Part shown: positions 13,851 through 27,000 of the stretch, in pieces
How positions within the stretch are numbered: the first letter of the stretch is position 1
Layout of the letters: every line of letters begins with the position of its first letter
Source: Ostrea edulis
Taxonomy: Eukaryota
Assembly: GCF_947568905.1 (NCBI RefSeq)
Contig: NC_079167.1
Location: 15,748,001 to 15,812,000, forward strand
Length of the DNA: 64,000 nt
Reading direction: 5' to 3'
Position numbers and translations under genes: made by a program
Notes under the pieces: generated by a model
The model's database searches: none
Told to the model about the DNA's origin: nothing
What the model saw: only the letters and a program-made list of their open reading frames with translations

Positions 13851-15088
13851 TAAAGCACTAGGCAACATTGACTGATGTATTTCAAGCGGTGATTTCATTT
13901 GGATTTACCATTGTGCTATGCAAGTACTTGAAAAATAAATTTCATTTTGGAAAATACACAAGGGCATGAACAACGACGTTTTACGTCAGCATACTACATG
14001 AAGCGAGTTAGCGCTTCATGAAAAGAATGCTGCATGAAGGTTGCAATTCATAACCTCATGTAGTTTTCAAATTTTTATATTTACATTTTACTTTCATTTC
14101 TGTCGGAATTCCCAGTCGTCAAAATAGTCGTACTATATTTATCAAGATTCATACGCACTTTGTTCACGTTCATGAGGAAATGGTTATCATCATAGTTTCA
14201 TGGTAAAGATACCAAAGGCAAATACATTGGAAATGTAAAAATTTTAAAACGACTGTACTTTGTTTATGCAATGGAGCATAAGATATGGAAGAGGAATTTA
14301 CTCCATGCTTCCATTCAGCACTGCTTTCCTAGCGAAGCAGATTATAAACAAACAAGCTAAACCGTTCTTCCTTATACATGTGTAGATTTATTATTTAACT
14401 TCCTATTTATCAGAGTTTATGTGTCAATATAAAGGGTAACTTATGTTTTAGCTGCAGAACGGCTGCTCTCGGCAGAAATATTTGTCAATCCCATTTTTCT
14501 CCTCAGAGAGATAAACTTCTGCAGCTACTTGTGAATTAGTGGTGTTTTTTTGTTTTTTGGTTTTTTTTGAGAGAGAGAGCTTAAATACAATGAAACAGCA
14601 AAGCTTTAATACTGGCAAAACATGGGTAAATGTAAGTATTAAATGGAATCATACGAATCAAACAGCGATGCGTTAGAACTGAAATTTTATCATTAAGACT
14701 TGTCTGTTATGAGTCGCTGTTTTCGTTGTCATCATAACTGCACCTTTTTTATTACTTCAGTTCTAGAACCACTGAATTATTTTCAACCAACCTTGCCACA
14801 AAATTTCCTCTAGTAAAGGATAATGAAGAGCCATACATGTTTCCAAGGAAGATAATATTGGAAATAGTAAATTCAAAAATATTCTTTTCAATAGTCAATT
14901 AAAATGGAAAACAGAAATTTGTATCACAATTACAGTGGATTCATGCGGAAATGGCTATAATTGTAAAGACATCAAAGTCAAAACATTGGAAATATGTGTA
15001 TATAGTAATACTCACTGTACATATAGAAGAAAATCCATTGAAAATGTATGATCACACGACTACAGTTTGTCAAGGTAAGTATCATCTT

Positions 15089-15490
15089 CAGGGGCGGATC
15101 CATGAATTGCGGTTACGGGGGGCGCCACTTTATGAGGCAAGGGGTCTGGGGGCGAAGCCCGGGGGGGGGGGAGGCAAGGGGCGAAGCCCCCGAAAGCTCC
15201 TGGATTTTACAGATTTTATAGGGCTTGAAATATATCTCCTATTTAGTCTTTTGTACTATTTTCTATCATTTTTTATTCGGTGAAATTAATAAAATGACGC
15301 AAAATTTAAGAGTTTTTGGAAAAAATTAAGTTCTCCCAATAAAGTAATTCAAGAAATCAGTAGATTTTGTCATTTATTTCCCCGGAAGTGAAAGAAATTA
15401 TTGCTTCTTACATTGTTTAGTACATTTTTCTAAACAAGATACCACGATTTACCTTAAGTTTGAAAATTTTAGGGGGGTGGGGTGGGGGCA
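15089..15490. mobile_element. Non-autonomous DNA-transposon-like repeat with CAGGGGCGGATCC terminus
   Basis: GC-rich terminus CAGGGGCGGATCC followed by GGGGCGAAGCCCC hairpins in AT-rich surroundings; the other end is not clearly found. Confidence 0.4.
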
Positions 15491-16074
15491 CTGATCTTGT
15501 AGTGTTGAATCAAGTATGTATAAAACATAAAACCCAATTAACTATAGAAAGTTTCTTATCATGAGGCATATGGCTACAATTTGTCATATCAATTTACAAA
15601 TATCTTCATGTAGTGTAGATTAAAGTTGTTCGAACCATGACCCCGAGACCATGATGGGGCCACAATTGAGGTTTAAAATTCTTCCTTTTAAGAAGCACAA
15701 GTTTATGTCAAATTGATATGCAAGAAATCTCATGCAGGCACGTACCATCATTTTTAAAGGGGAGGGGAGGGGGCAGCCGGAAGAGAAGTTGACAAACATT
15801 AAAATCTTTTGTCCAAAATTACGAAGGAAGGGGGGGGGGTGCACGAGCCTGTTCGCCCTTCACTATATGCTACAATTCATCAGTTCAAGCTAATATTCTT
15901 ACCATTCAATTAAAAAAGTGGGGGGAGGGGGTGTCTACTGATATAGCTTACTTTACATGTGCAAAATAAATAACGTTGCATGTAAAAGTAACGGAAAATG
16001 TACGTTGTCAAACAGAGAGGTTGTTACTACGCGCCAGCTCTCATGTAATAAGGATTTTACGTCAGAATTTGGCG

Positions 16075-16480
16075 TTTAGTTGGTTGGTTGTTTGTTTTAC
16101 GTCACGTCGAGAATTTTCCCCTCATATTGAGTTTTTTAAAAACAGGTTAATGATTGATTTTTAAGTTCCGTCGAAGATTTTTCACTCATATTGAGACGTC
16201 ACCAGCTGTAGGTGAAGTACCACAAATTCAAACCTATGCTTAGTGCTGAGGGCCGAAGCAGTGAGGGTTCTTTAACGTGCCAACGCCTGTCGCGACACGG
16301 GACTTCGTTTTTAAGGTCATATCTGAAAGACCCGTGATTCTCACTTTTAAAATGCCGAGCGTTTGGCGAAGGAGCAATCACTACCTATGTTAACGTCTTA
16401 GGTTTGACGCGGCCATGGCACGAGCGTGGTTCGAACTCACGACCTCCCGGTTACGAAGCGAACTTCCGGTTACGAAGCGA
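16075..16480 (-). mobile_element. tRNA-derived SINE, near full length
   Basis: Minus strand reads tRNA-like head (CGGGAGGTCGTGAGTTCGAACC, B box), central body (GTAGTGATTGCTCCTTCGCCAAACGCTCGGC) and a 3' tail with CAAC-type microsatellite. Homologous copies at 13585 and 24180. Confidence 0.75.
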
Positions 16481-17514
16481 AGCAAGACGGTCCTATAGCA
16501 AGAATTATTAGCATTATCTAGTAATTATGGGACGAACTTGTATGAATAATGTATCAAGGGATATAATACCATTATGGCATTATATTGTGTTATTTATTGT
16601 ACTAATAGAATCGTATTCATTCCTTATTATATCTGAAACGATTTGTTAGTGAGTCTCTTTGCCCCATTTATCAAATGAATACGTCCCAGGGAGCTGTGCA
16701 GGATGTCCACGCCTACGTTTTTATGAAAAAAGTACAAGACTTCATGTGAAATTCAAAGGACAGATGTACAATGGGTGATAGAATGATTTATCACTGAATA
16801 TAATGGGTGCAAAAGGTTTAGCGATTTGTTACTACTCCTTCGTGCGCTACACACCGGGCCGCGTTCGATTGTACACGTATTGTAAGGGCATCGTTAGATC
16901 GTAGCTTCCGTTCTCTGACAATCAACTCCAATTTATTTTCATTGAGGTATCCTTCTTTTTCCATATGGATATGTTAAAATGTATCATTTTCTGCCCTAAT
17001 TGCTCCTTAAAGCTAATCTTACGATATGACAAGTAAAATCGATAAAGATTGGGTATAAATTAAAACTATCTCGGGTTATTTGCCTTCGGAGACGATGGGG
17101 AGAATATAAAAAGACAATGAACGAATCTTCTCCCATAAACAGACGCTATGTTGATATGAAATACTGAAATTTTCGTAGGAAAATTAGAAACACCGGGCGT
17201 ATTCCTTTTTCATTAATTTTGCCAATTACTTGACGTAGATCAATTCCATTGTTTGTAGAGTTTAATTCCATAAAGAATTTTACTGTATATCTATAAGTTA
17301 AATTAATATGCATTTCATGTTGTATATTTGGTCTCTGTGGACTTAAGATTTAGGACCGGCGTGATCTTGGTTCTTTGCAGTAGTCCACGCTTTCCAGAAC
17401 AGCACACAGTTAGCTTGCTTCATGATATTTTTAGATCGAATTCTCACAGCTGTTATGTATGAACTAATGATTTTCATTTTTATGAGTTGATGTTGTGACT
17501 TACACAATCAAGTA

Positions 17515-18010
17515 CCTCTGTGATTAAACCCGGGTCGATTTTGACCTCTGTAATTAAAACTTGGTCGGTATAGACCTCTGTAATTAAACCTGAGTTGGTG
17601 TGGACCCCTTTGATTAGAGCTGGGTCGGTATAGACCCCTGTGATCAGACCTGGGTCGGTTAGACCCCTATCGTTATAGACCCTTGAAATGAGACCTTGAA
17701 CGGTATGGACCCGTGATTAGACCTCGATGGGTGTGGAACCCCTGTGTTTAGACCTTAAATTGGTCGGTATGGATCCCCTGTAATTAGACGTGGGTTGGTT
17801 AGAACCCTGTGACCAGACCTTGGTCGGTATAGACGCCTGTAATGAGGTCTGGGTCGATTAGACCCCAGTGATTAGACCTGGGTTGGTATGCACCGCTATA
17901 GTTAGACCTTGAATGGTAGGTATGGACCCCTGTGATGAGACTTGGGTCGCGGTCTGAACCCCCTGTAATTAGACCTGGGTCGGTATGGTACCCCTGTAAT
18001 TAGACCCGGG
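17515..18010. repeat. Diverged ~30-bp minisatellite
   Basis: Roughly 16 units with consensus near GACCCCTGTGATTAGACCTGGGTCGGTATA. Confidence 0.8.
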
Positions 18011-18167
18011 TTCAGTGGTATGAGTTGATAAACTACAACTAAACTGATATCAAACAAAACGTCTACAAATAAAAATTATGTAATATATTACACTCGATAA
18101 TTTTGATATGTAGACGTTAGTTTCCTTTTCTATTTAGTTTTCTTTTCTATGTAAATATTCTATCGTC

Positions 18168-18206
18168 CTGAGGAAGGGACAGGTCGTCCCGAAAATTTAA
18201 CAATTC
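18168..18206 (+). ncRNA. Hammerhead-ribozyme-like core (minimal type I; stem I not found)
   Basis: CTGAGGA-A-GGGAC(AGGTC)GTCCC-GAAA-ATT(TAAC)AAT-TC gives the CUGANGA box, a 5-bp stem II, the GAAA box, a 4-bp stem III and a UUC triplet. Confidence 0.45.
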
Positions 18207-18307
18207 ACTGTTGTTTGTGTCGTTGGTCATTTTTAGTGTTATTTATATCCTTATTCATTTGACCTCGTATCTACTATTTGATACGACACTTGATGTTGAG
18301 TGTTGTG

Positions 18308-18310
<3 letters not shown>

Positions 18311-18360
<50 letters not shown>
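18311..18360. repeat. (AT)n microsatellite
   Basis: About 25 perfect AT units. Confidence 0.95.
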
Positions 18361-18365
<5 letters not shown>

Positions 18366-20529
18366 TATATTATATTACACATGTAATGTACCGTGACTTA
18401 AAAAAAGAAGAAGGAAGGACTCACAGTCACATTCAAGGTAGAAGATAGCCAATTACATCTTGATTGATTCAAAATTATACTTATATTTCATACAACAATG
18501 ACATACAATTAAAAAGAAAAAACCCGGACGATCGAGAACACTTTAGTATATATACTATATATCATTGTACGTTTGGGAAAAATACATGTACACGTTAATC
18601 TATTTTTCGTTAAGATTTTTTTCTTGAAATCCATAATCAAGAGTAGCCCTTCGAAATTAAGAAAGCTCAGGAAATTCCTTTCAAAAGCTTAGACAATTTT
18701 GTACCCACTAGTCAGCTTATTACATACTTATTAATGATGAATGTATCCGTTTTAGCCATAAAGCACGGGATAAAATTAACGGCGTACGGTGTTGTAGTGA
18801 ATACGTCTCACTGAAACGCGAGAAATGGGATGCATCTTTTCTTGCTCCGCCATTGATTCCAAGAACGCGGGGACTTCTCTAAATACATCATTAAACGGTG
18901 GTTTGGGGTTCTTTTATTATTAAGACAGAGAGCGTCTCTTGTCATTTAATGGAGGCACGCGCACGGCTTGTAAATCAACTTTCAATAAGTCTGTGCAGGA
19001 CAAAATACTACTGGTAATGGGACACTAATAAGTTGTTGCCATGGGGACCCGGTGGCCATGGCGGTTCTGGGATAGTATTTCGTGATTTTAATCAATTTTG
19101 TTCCATTCTACAGGTAAATATCTCCTCCTATTCCATATGGAAGTAAAACGTTATACTGGTATATAGAAATGGGAAGAGTCAGAAAATATAGATTTCTGTT
19201 AAAAACACTTAGGAAGATAAGAATTACAGAATACATGTGCGTATGTAGTTTGATAACGCGTGAGAGAGAAAAAACCCGGGAAATTATGCAAAATTGTTCT
19301 CCGAGATCCAAAGATTTATAACCGACTTGTCCTGAAATATTCCATTGATCTTGATTCCCGCAGATTTCTACAATTAAAAACAAAAGAGATTATTAATGTG
19401 TATGTAACGTAGATTTAGAAAGATAGAATTGTTTACGTGAACAAAAGAGTTAAAATACCAGCTGGTTTCCTCCTTCAAATCATTAGCTGAAGTTTCAAAT
19501 TACACGTATGTCTAATTGAAAAAAAAAATGAATATTTGAATTTACGAAGCAGAAGTAACTTTTCAGAATTTACCACCACCAAGTGGATAAATTGTATTCA
19601 AATGAATTTACCGGTATTTCATTAAAGATATAAGGTCAAAAATGAAATATTTAATTTTCGTAGTTTAATATTCATTTATTACAGCTTTGAGTTTACTTCC
19701 AATACATTTTTTTAAAAATGCACTTAGCTAACTATCTAGAAATCTACTATTGTCAAGATTGTTTCATCACTCCGGCGCAATCTTTTTTGATTTTACTAAC
19801 ACCACGGACGATTCTGACCGGTTGTTTTTAATTTTTCAATTTTCGAACTTCTCGGACCGTGGACTTTTCATTTCGCCAGATCATCGATAGCACTTATGTG
19901 TGTTGCATGTAAATGTATATTTCAACAGAGTTGACATCAGTTGAAGGAAAGACGTATACAATATGCGTGGATTTAGGGTTTTCCCAGGGGCGGGGTTGTT
20001 CAAGGTTTTGTTAAAAGAAAACAACACCACTCTTTACAAAAAAATAAATAAATAAATGATAAAACCCGTTAAAAGTTTACTTCAGCCCAAAGTTCATAAT
20101 CCTAAAACGGGAGTGGATGGGTGGAGTTGCGTTTGGTGGGGGTAACCTATTGCCCGGCTGTTGATATTTCAGTATACATGAATTCAATTCATCGTTTCCA
20201 CTATCTTTTCCTAATTGTCTTAAAAAGGGGGACAACCAGCCGGTGAATTAAATTTTGCATGTAATTTATAACGGTCTTTGCTTGTAAAATAGTAATATCA
20301 ACGGCAAAACAAAAAACAAAAACAAGATTCTCCACAAAAGAAAAGGAGGGGGTCCCTCCCACCTCTAGCTTCATACCTGATTTAGCCAAAGAGACTTCAT
20401 TGAAATAATACTCTCTTTCCCGGTGTGATAAATGGTGCAACTTCTTTCGTTCAAAGCTGTATGATGACCTGGGATGGGATTTCTTACAAACAAGGAGAAA
20501 AATTAATAAGTTGCTATTGTTTTTCAAAA

Positions 20530-21000
20530 TCATTAATGGCTATTCACCTCAATTTTTGCATGATTTGATAGAAACTTATCGCCCACCATCTCATTTTTAC
20601 AATCTTCGAACTGGTGCTTTATAGTTTAGAATTCCTCATATTAGAACAACATCATATATGGAAAGCTTTTTTCCCCTCCACTGCCAAACAATGGAACAAC
20701 TTGCCAGACTATGTCAAAATACTTCTGGAATTTCTTCTTTCACGAGTCTCCTAAATTCTTACTTTTGTAAAAAAAAAAAAAAAAAAAAGGTAATAAACTT
20801 TTTTTCATTTTGGAGAATGTCGGTATAATATATTACATTGTCAAATAAGAAACTATGCTAGCAATCTTAATTTAGATCTGTATAATCAATGTTTATCAGA
20901 TTAGAAATTGTACTGATTTTATTGAAGAGCTTATCATTACATTGTACTTTTTATCTGTTCTAAATATGCAGCTTTTAGAAATACACTTTTAAATGTTATA
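20530..21000 (+). mobile_element. CR1/L2-type LINE 3' remnant
   Basis: KIINGYSPQFLHDLI..YNLRT..IPHIRTTSYMESFFPSTAKQWNNLPDYVK with stops; matches the post-RT region of the LINE at 31900-33575. Confidence 0.6.
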
Positions 21001-21178
21001 CAAAATATTACTAGTAATAATGATAATCAACCTGAACTTGAATTATTGTTACATGGTAGTCACAATTATGGACCAAATATCAATATTCAAATATTAAAAG
21101 CAGTACATGTTTACATTGCAGCAACAAAACGTTTTGCATGTAAAATGTTTTCCTATTTGTTTTCTAAACCAGTACTGA

Positions 21179-21183
<5 letters not shown>

Positions 21184-21239
<56 letters not shown>
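21184..21239. repeat. (AT)n microsatellite
   Basis: About 28 perfect AT units. Confidence 0.95.
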
Positions 21240-21241
<2 letters not shown>

Positions 21242-22408
21242 TCTCGCAACCTATTCTTTTATATACTTTTTCTATACCCTGATTTGTGTATATATTTATC
21301 TACATGTATGACCTTGGATGTTGGCAGAGAGCTAAAATAGGCTATGCCTACTGCCCAATCCCTTTCACTATTTGTGAATAATATTATTATAGAATAAAAA
21401 TAATGTAAATATGACTATATGATACCATATATGAAGTAATTTACTAGACAGTCATGTAGTCCGTCGATACTGTCACTGATTACTATTGCTCGGTAGATGG
21501 TGATTGGTTTGTAACTGAGAAAAATATTACTGGGAGACGAAAGGGGAGGGGGTCCGACGACTAAGAGGCAAACAATGTAACTCTGTCATAGCATTAATCA
21601 AGAAGCATGAAAGCTTATTAACAGCTAACAGACTTACCCAAAATTGAATTTGGAAGCCATCGGGAGGAATTATCTATTTATGTAAATATTGCAATAAAGT
21701 GACCATTTTAAAGTCCTGTCGTTCAATCTTAATGTACACAATTACAACCATACATCGTAATTTTAAATAGGCTAAGTAATCATTCAATATCTAAATGTCT
21801 TTAACTTTTACATAGACAATATTTAGCCTACATTTACCAATTTTTTCAGTTTCTCAATAAAAACACAGATTGTTCAACTAGATATAAACAAATATAAGTA
21901 TTTTTTTATGTTTAGTACAAAATGAGTAATTCTTCAGGTTGTTTGTATGTTGGGAAATATAAATATTACACTATAAATGCGAGTACGTGACCATTTTCAC
22001 TATTTTTCGTACGAATTACTAATCCGATGATTTCCTTGTACGATTTATCTTACACCCTCACGACCTTGAGTTGGAAAGAAAGAAGCGAAAAGGTACAAGA
22101 GAATGTTGATTTTTCAAGTCTTATTTTGACTATTTTGTATAGCTTTACTTTCGAAACTGCATATATAATTATCAAATTAGCATACATTTAACGAAACGTG
22201 GCTGGAAATGTGGATAAGTAAGTTGCGATACAGTGCATATCGAATTTCCTCGATATTTTTCTGTCGGTTTGATATGTTTAAGGGAAGGCGAAGCCCTTTC
22301 AGGGCCGTGAGAGCGGAGGTAACACGTATATACATGTTTAAAAGGAAAATATAGAAAACTGGTAAAAACAAAAGAAAGTTAAACCATAGCATACCTATCT
22401 ACCTGTAG

Positions 22409-23343
22409 AACTGTAGCTCTCTGGGAAAAGAGAACTACAGATCCACCCCATATCATGTAAAAACCTTCGATTTACGGCGCAGAAAAAAAAAATGCGCACA
22501 GTTGAGGCCTTTAATATATCATTGTATTCTTGCATCACTGTCTAATAGATTTAGAATTTTAAAAAATTCCTAACATCTATTCCTACGATACTTGTTCAAA
22601 TATTCATTAAAGACCCCCGACCCGAAAACTCACAGCTTCAAATGATTTTGTTTGTTGACGTAGCCAGTCAATTCGAATTCTTTTGCTACTTGTATCTATT
22701 CATTTATTTGATACAAGTTATGTATTTAATCTTCGTTTATTATAAACACGAATATTTCAATTGAAATTAAAGATATATATTATTTTTCTAAACGTAAAAT
22801 AAGTTCTTGAGTTTTGAAAATGCTACAAAAGTCTAGTCTGGTCCATTTACTCATTACAAAACAGAGTGGAGGGAATGGGGACAAAACTAATGAAAGCCAT
22901 GAGTTTAGTTCAATATTCTAAACTATTTGATTTCGGAATAATTATTATTTCACCGTACTAGGATCATTTTATCCAAAATATTTCACTAAAAATATTTATG
23001 GCGATATTAATTCACACAGACGTTATTGCTTCAAAAAAGAGTATGAGTATTAAAAATGAACCAGGGTCGAATTGATTGGCTAGACTAGCTACCATGGCTA
23101 GTTAACAAACAAAATTTGAAGGTATGCTGGGACACAAGTATTGTAGGAAAATATGTGAGGATTTTTTTAATATTATATTTATGAGACTGCGATGCAAGAA
23201 TACAATGATATAAGACCTTGATTAATTAAGTAATTAACCATGCAAATTTTTTCTGCACTGTAAATCGAAGGTTTTTATAAGGGGTGGATCTGTGGCTCTC
23301 TGATCTGTCCCAATATTTAATATTTTCTCAGAGAGCTGCAGTT
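22409..23343. mobile_element. Long-TIR foldback non-autonomous element
   Basis: Arms of about 150 bp: AACTGTAGCTCTCTGGGAAAA..ACAGATCCACCCC..AAAAACCTTCGATTTAC..TCATTGTATTCTTGCATC, mirrored by GATGCAAGAATACAATGA..GTAAATCGAAGGTTTTT..GGGGTGGATCTGT..TTTTCTCAGAGAGCTGCAGTT. The terminal motif recurs near 62900. Confidence 0.7.
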
Positions 23344-24179
23344 AATACCCATCAAACTTGAAAATTTTGGTCAAAATGGTGTAGATTCAAATGCAAGCGC
23401 ATGTATTTCTCCATTTTGAATCTTGTATATCCAAGTTCACATTGTTATGAGATGTTACATAAAATCCGTAAAATCATGTCAGCCATATTTTTTTAATCAT
23501 ATAATCACTCCTTGATTAACGCAATTTTACCATGTCTCCTATGTTTGTAAGTTTGCTAAACACTGATGCTGAATGACATCACAATTCACCATTTACATCA
23601 ATTGCATTATATTTCCCGCATTCAATGAATAGGCAGATCAAATGTCTAAAGTCATGTAACAAGGTGTAAGTGTCACATTTTCTACAATTTTACTTTTTTT
23701 TATAGTAAGAACTAATTTTCTTGAGATCAATTTTTTGCTTCTAAATGACAAGCAATGTGACAATGCGCACAGTTTCTTTGAAGGCTATGTCTCTGAGTGA
23801 ATCATTACATGTACTTAACCGCCGAGTTTCACCTCAAAAAAATGGTCAAAGACCTATTGAGGTATATAATACGCACCCCTTTCTCATACCAAATATTTCT
23901 TGAAAGAAAGTCTGTATTATATTCGAAAAAATACGGTACTTCTATAATGAACAACTGAGAAATCTTATAACTGAATAGGACATAGACAATATTATTCACA
24001 ATTTTTTATTCCCTACACTTTAAATAATGATACACTATATGCAAAATCTGGTTGAAATGAATTAGAAAGTTAGGAGAGGAAGCTCAAAGACATCTAGACC
24101 ACAATGAACAATTTAATAATCACCTATATCAAACTCTTATTGCCCAACACTAAGCCAATTTTGGAAAAATGAGATGTTT

Positions 24180-24215
24180 AATTGATTGATTGATTGTATC
24201 TTGTTTAATTGTCTA

Positions 24216-24251
<36 letters not shown>

Positions 24252-24508
24252 AGACCGTTGAAGGGCTTCAAATTTAGGCCTTTGTTCAGTGCTTATGGTC
24301 ATTGAGGGTTCTTTAGGGTGCCACACCTACTGTGACACGGGACATCAGTTTTTAAAGTCATCTCCGAGGATCCGTGACTTTCACACCTGATGCCGAGCGT
24401 TTAACGATGGAACTGTCACTACTTGTTTTCATGACTTAGGTTTGTCGCAGCCGGGATTCTAACCCCGGCCTTCCGCATGCGGAGCGAACCCTCTAACCTC
24501 TAGGCCAA
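24180..24508 (-). mobile_element. tRNA-derived SINE, near full length, with (CAAT)n tail
   Basis: tRNA-like head (GGCCGGGGTTAGAATCCCGG), shared body and ATTG repeats at the left end. Confidence 0.75.
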
Positions 24509-24889
24509 CAAAAGTGCATGCATTGTCAATTTGTATAAAATAAATAGTTTCAGATACAGGAGTTTTTTTCTAAACAAACTTTGTTCCAATAATTTAATAT
24601 ATGTTAAGTTTATATAATTAATGCTTCACACTTGTAGCTGAATATACAATCAACAAATTTAGTTTTTGCCATCTGTGAGAATGGTTTATATTGGTGAATG
24701 GTTTAGAAATATGACTACAAGTTAAAATTAATTTCATGTGTTGTTACTTGTAAAACATGCATGTGTGCAGAATAGATTAGAATAACTACTTCATGTCTGT
24801 ATATATCAAGTTCTTGATACCAGTACTGTCCTGGTATGGTAATCAGTGAGTAATTTCAGTTGACTTTAGTTTCAATTTATTTTTTACAG

Positions 24890-25047
24890 ATGGCTGCCAG
24901 ACTTCCCAAGCCACAACTAAGAAATTTATTTGGTGATTACATGAAAAAGAATTTGATAGCTACCTTAGGTCTATCAATAGCTTCGACTGTTCCAATTTAC
25001 CTGTGGGCTGTGAGACGAATTAAGAACAAACATCTGGAGTACTTCAG
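24890..25047 (+). CDS. COX6C: Cytochrome c oxidase subunit 6C, coding exon 1
   Basis: MAARLPKPQLRNLF..single hydrophobic segment..RRIKNKHLEYF fits COX6C (recalled LPKPxMRGLL..TM..RKKAYADFY). Acceptor TTTTTACAG|ATG; phase-2 donor AG|GTAAAA. Confidence 0.85.
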
Positions 25048-25346
25048 GTAAAAGTAGAATAAAAAACTAACCCCATGTAGTCTGTGCATCTTCATTGAGT
25101 ACCACACTATGCTAACCAATCATAAATTCATCATATATCTTCTTGTTATAATTGGCTCATGAATACTTGTCACTTTTAAAAATGAATCTGGCTTTTTATA
25201 TATTTGTGGGTCCTTTTTTTTTTTTTTTTTTTGCAACACGGATATTATATCAATTTCATACCCATATCTTCTTCTATGTATAAATATGAATTTGAAGATT
25301 GACAACAGTTGTTGATTTTTTTAATATGATTATTATGATTTTGCAG

Positions 25347-25443
25347 CAAAACAGATCCATATGTCCTTCAAGAACAGCTCATCAAGGATGGAGCATTTAG
25401 TGTAGTAACTCCAGAAGGGGAAGTAACATGGCCTGAAGATTAA
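25347..25443 (+). CDS. COX6C: COX6C, coding exon 2 (84-aa protein in total)
   Basis: Acceptor TTTTGCAG|C restores the frame: SKTDPYVLQEQLIKDGAFSVVTPEGEVTWPED*, aligning with recalled [22 protein letters not shown]. Confidence 0.85.
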
Positions 25444-26913
25444 TAAGGGTAAGTGAATCTGTGTTGTAGTCCAAGCTCTTTATTACGTAAGGAATAAATT
25501 TCTAGCTTGTCTGTATTATATGGCGTTATATAAATACTGTAAAAGTTATTATTTATTTTATGCCGGGGGTTAAGTATGTGTTTTCCCACATCCAACATTA
25601 CGCGTGGGGGAAAAGTACGCGGTAACTGAATATGTTTATTATATCAAATATTTATAAGTATACGCGTGGTGGAAATTTACGCACTTATTACATGATGGCG
25701 TAGTTAGTGTAAATTTCCCCCATGAGTAAAGTAATGGAAGCCCCCCATGAGTAAAGTAATGGAAGCATGTAAAGGAGTAAATTTTATAATCTGTGATGCT
25801 TATTGTACCCCATGCATCCATTGTTTATATCTCCTCAGTAATGCAAACAACTTACACATTTATTCTTTTTATCTATATTTTGTAAATAGAAAAAGATAGG
25901 TAGATATTTTATGCTTGGAATAATTTTCTATACAAAGCAAGTCTCTTTGTAACACAAGTAGGACTTCCTTTATGATAAATAAATTTTGAACTAGCAAAGG
26001 ATTAGTAACCAACACATGGTCAGACTATCTACTGCCTATTCTTTTCTTTTAGGGTCTGATATTCATAAGGCAACCTAAAGGTCTTTACTTAGTTGCCTAC
26101 ATGACAAGTTCAGTTTTTCAATACTGATAGGAATGTTTAACCCTAATATGTTCATGAACATAGAAGTTGAATTATTGACTGTTGATACAATAGATCTCTA
26201 TGCAAGTGCATTTGAAGGCTACAAGCAATTTGATCCAATTCAATTTTGATGTCAATTCCTTCGTATTCTTGTAGAACTTTGATTTTAATGTTGGAACTTT
26301 CAATTAATTTTCGTTATCATTGGCCAAGGTCCAACAACTAGAAAAAACATTGTATTCAATGCCTTCGAGGTGAATATAAAGTTTGATTTCTCCAACATCG
26401 GATTAAAATTATATTGTGAATATCCAAATTGATGATTGATTATTAATTTTTGATTGTTCAACGAAAACTTGCATCCCTTAGTATTTGCTTTCAACTAGGC
26501 CTTGCACTATAATTGAAAAGATTGGGTGAATTCTGTAACAAACGAGAGTAAGAATTGTAGAATAGTAACAACTAAAGATGATCGATCATGTATCATGTAG
26601 TAAATTCTAATAGAATGGCTCTAGTAGCAGTTTCAATGTTTTAAATTATTCAATCATATAATAAAACAGTTATTGACATTTTCTCGGTTAATACAATACT
26701 GTAGCTATCTTAGAAGTATCCAGGCTTGGTGAATCTCTAGGCTCAGTGAATATTGTACTTCTCAAGTAGCTAAAACATCATATTGACTGGGAGGGAAAAA
26801 AAGTAAATAATTGCATACAATTCAATATTATTAAAATATAATGTTTAGAACTGGTTGCATTTTTGCATCTTAGATTTGTATTTTGATACAAAACCAATTT
26901 TTCTCTTTTGCAG

Positions 26914-27000
26914 GAGGAATACTATCAGTGATGTTGTGTTATTAGTGAGAAAGAACTGTGTTTATCATTGAGATGAATTCAATAAAATTTGAAATATATT
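26914..27000 (+). other. COX6C: COX6C non-coding 3' UTR exon with poly(A) signal
   Basis: Donor G|GTAAGT at 25448/25449, 5 nt after the stop; acceptor TTTTCTCTTTTGCAG at 26913; AATAAA at 26981-26986. Confidence 0.6.

Noticed and set aside
16400-16480. tRNA genes at about 4120, 13350, 16430 and 24460
   Set aside because: Only B-box and T-arm-like parts are present, attached to SINE bodies; no full cloverleaf.
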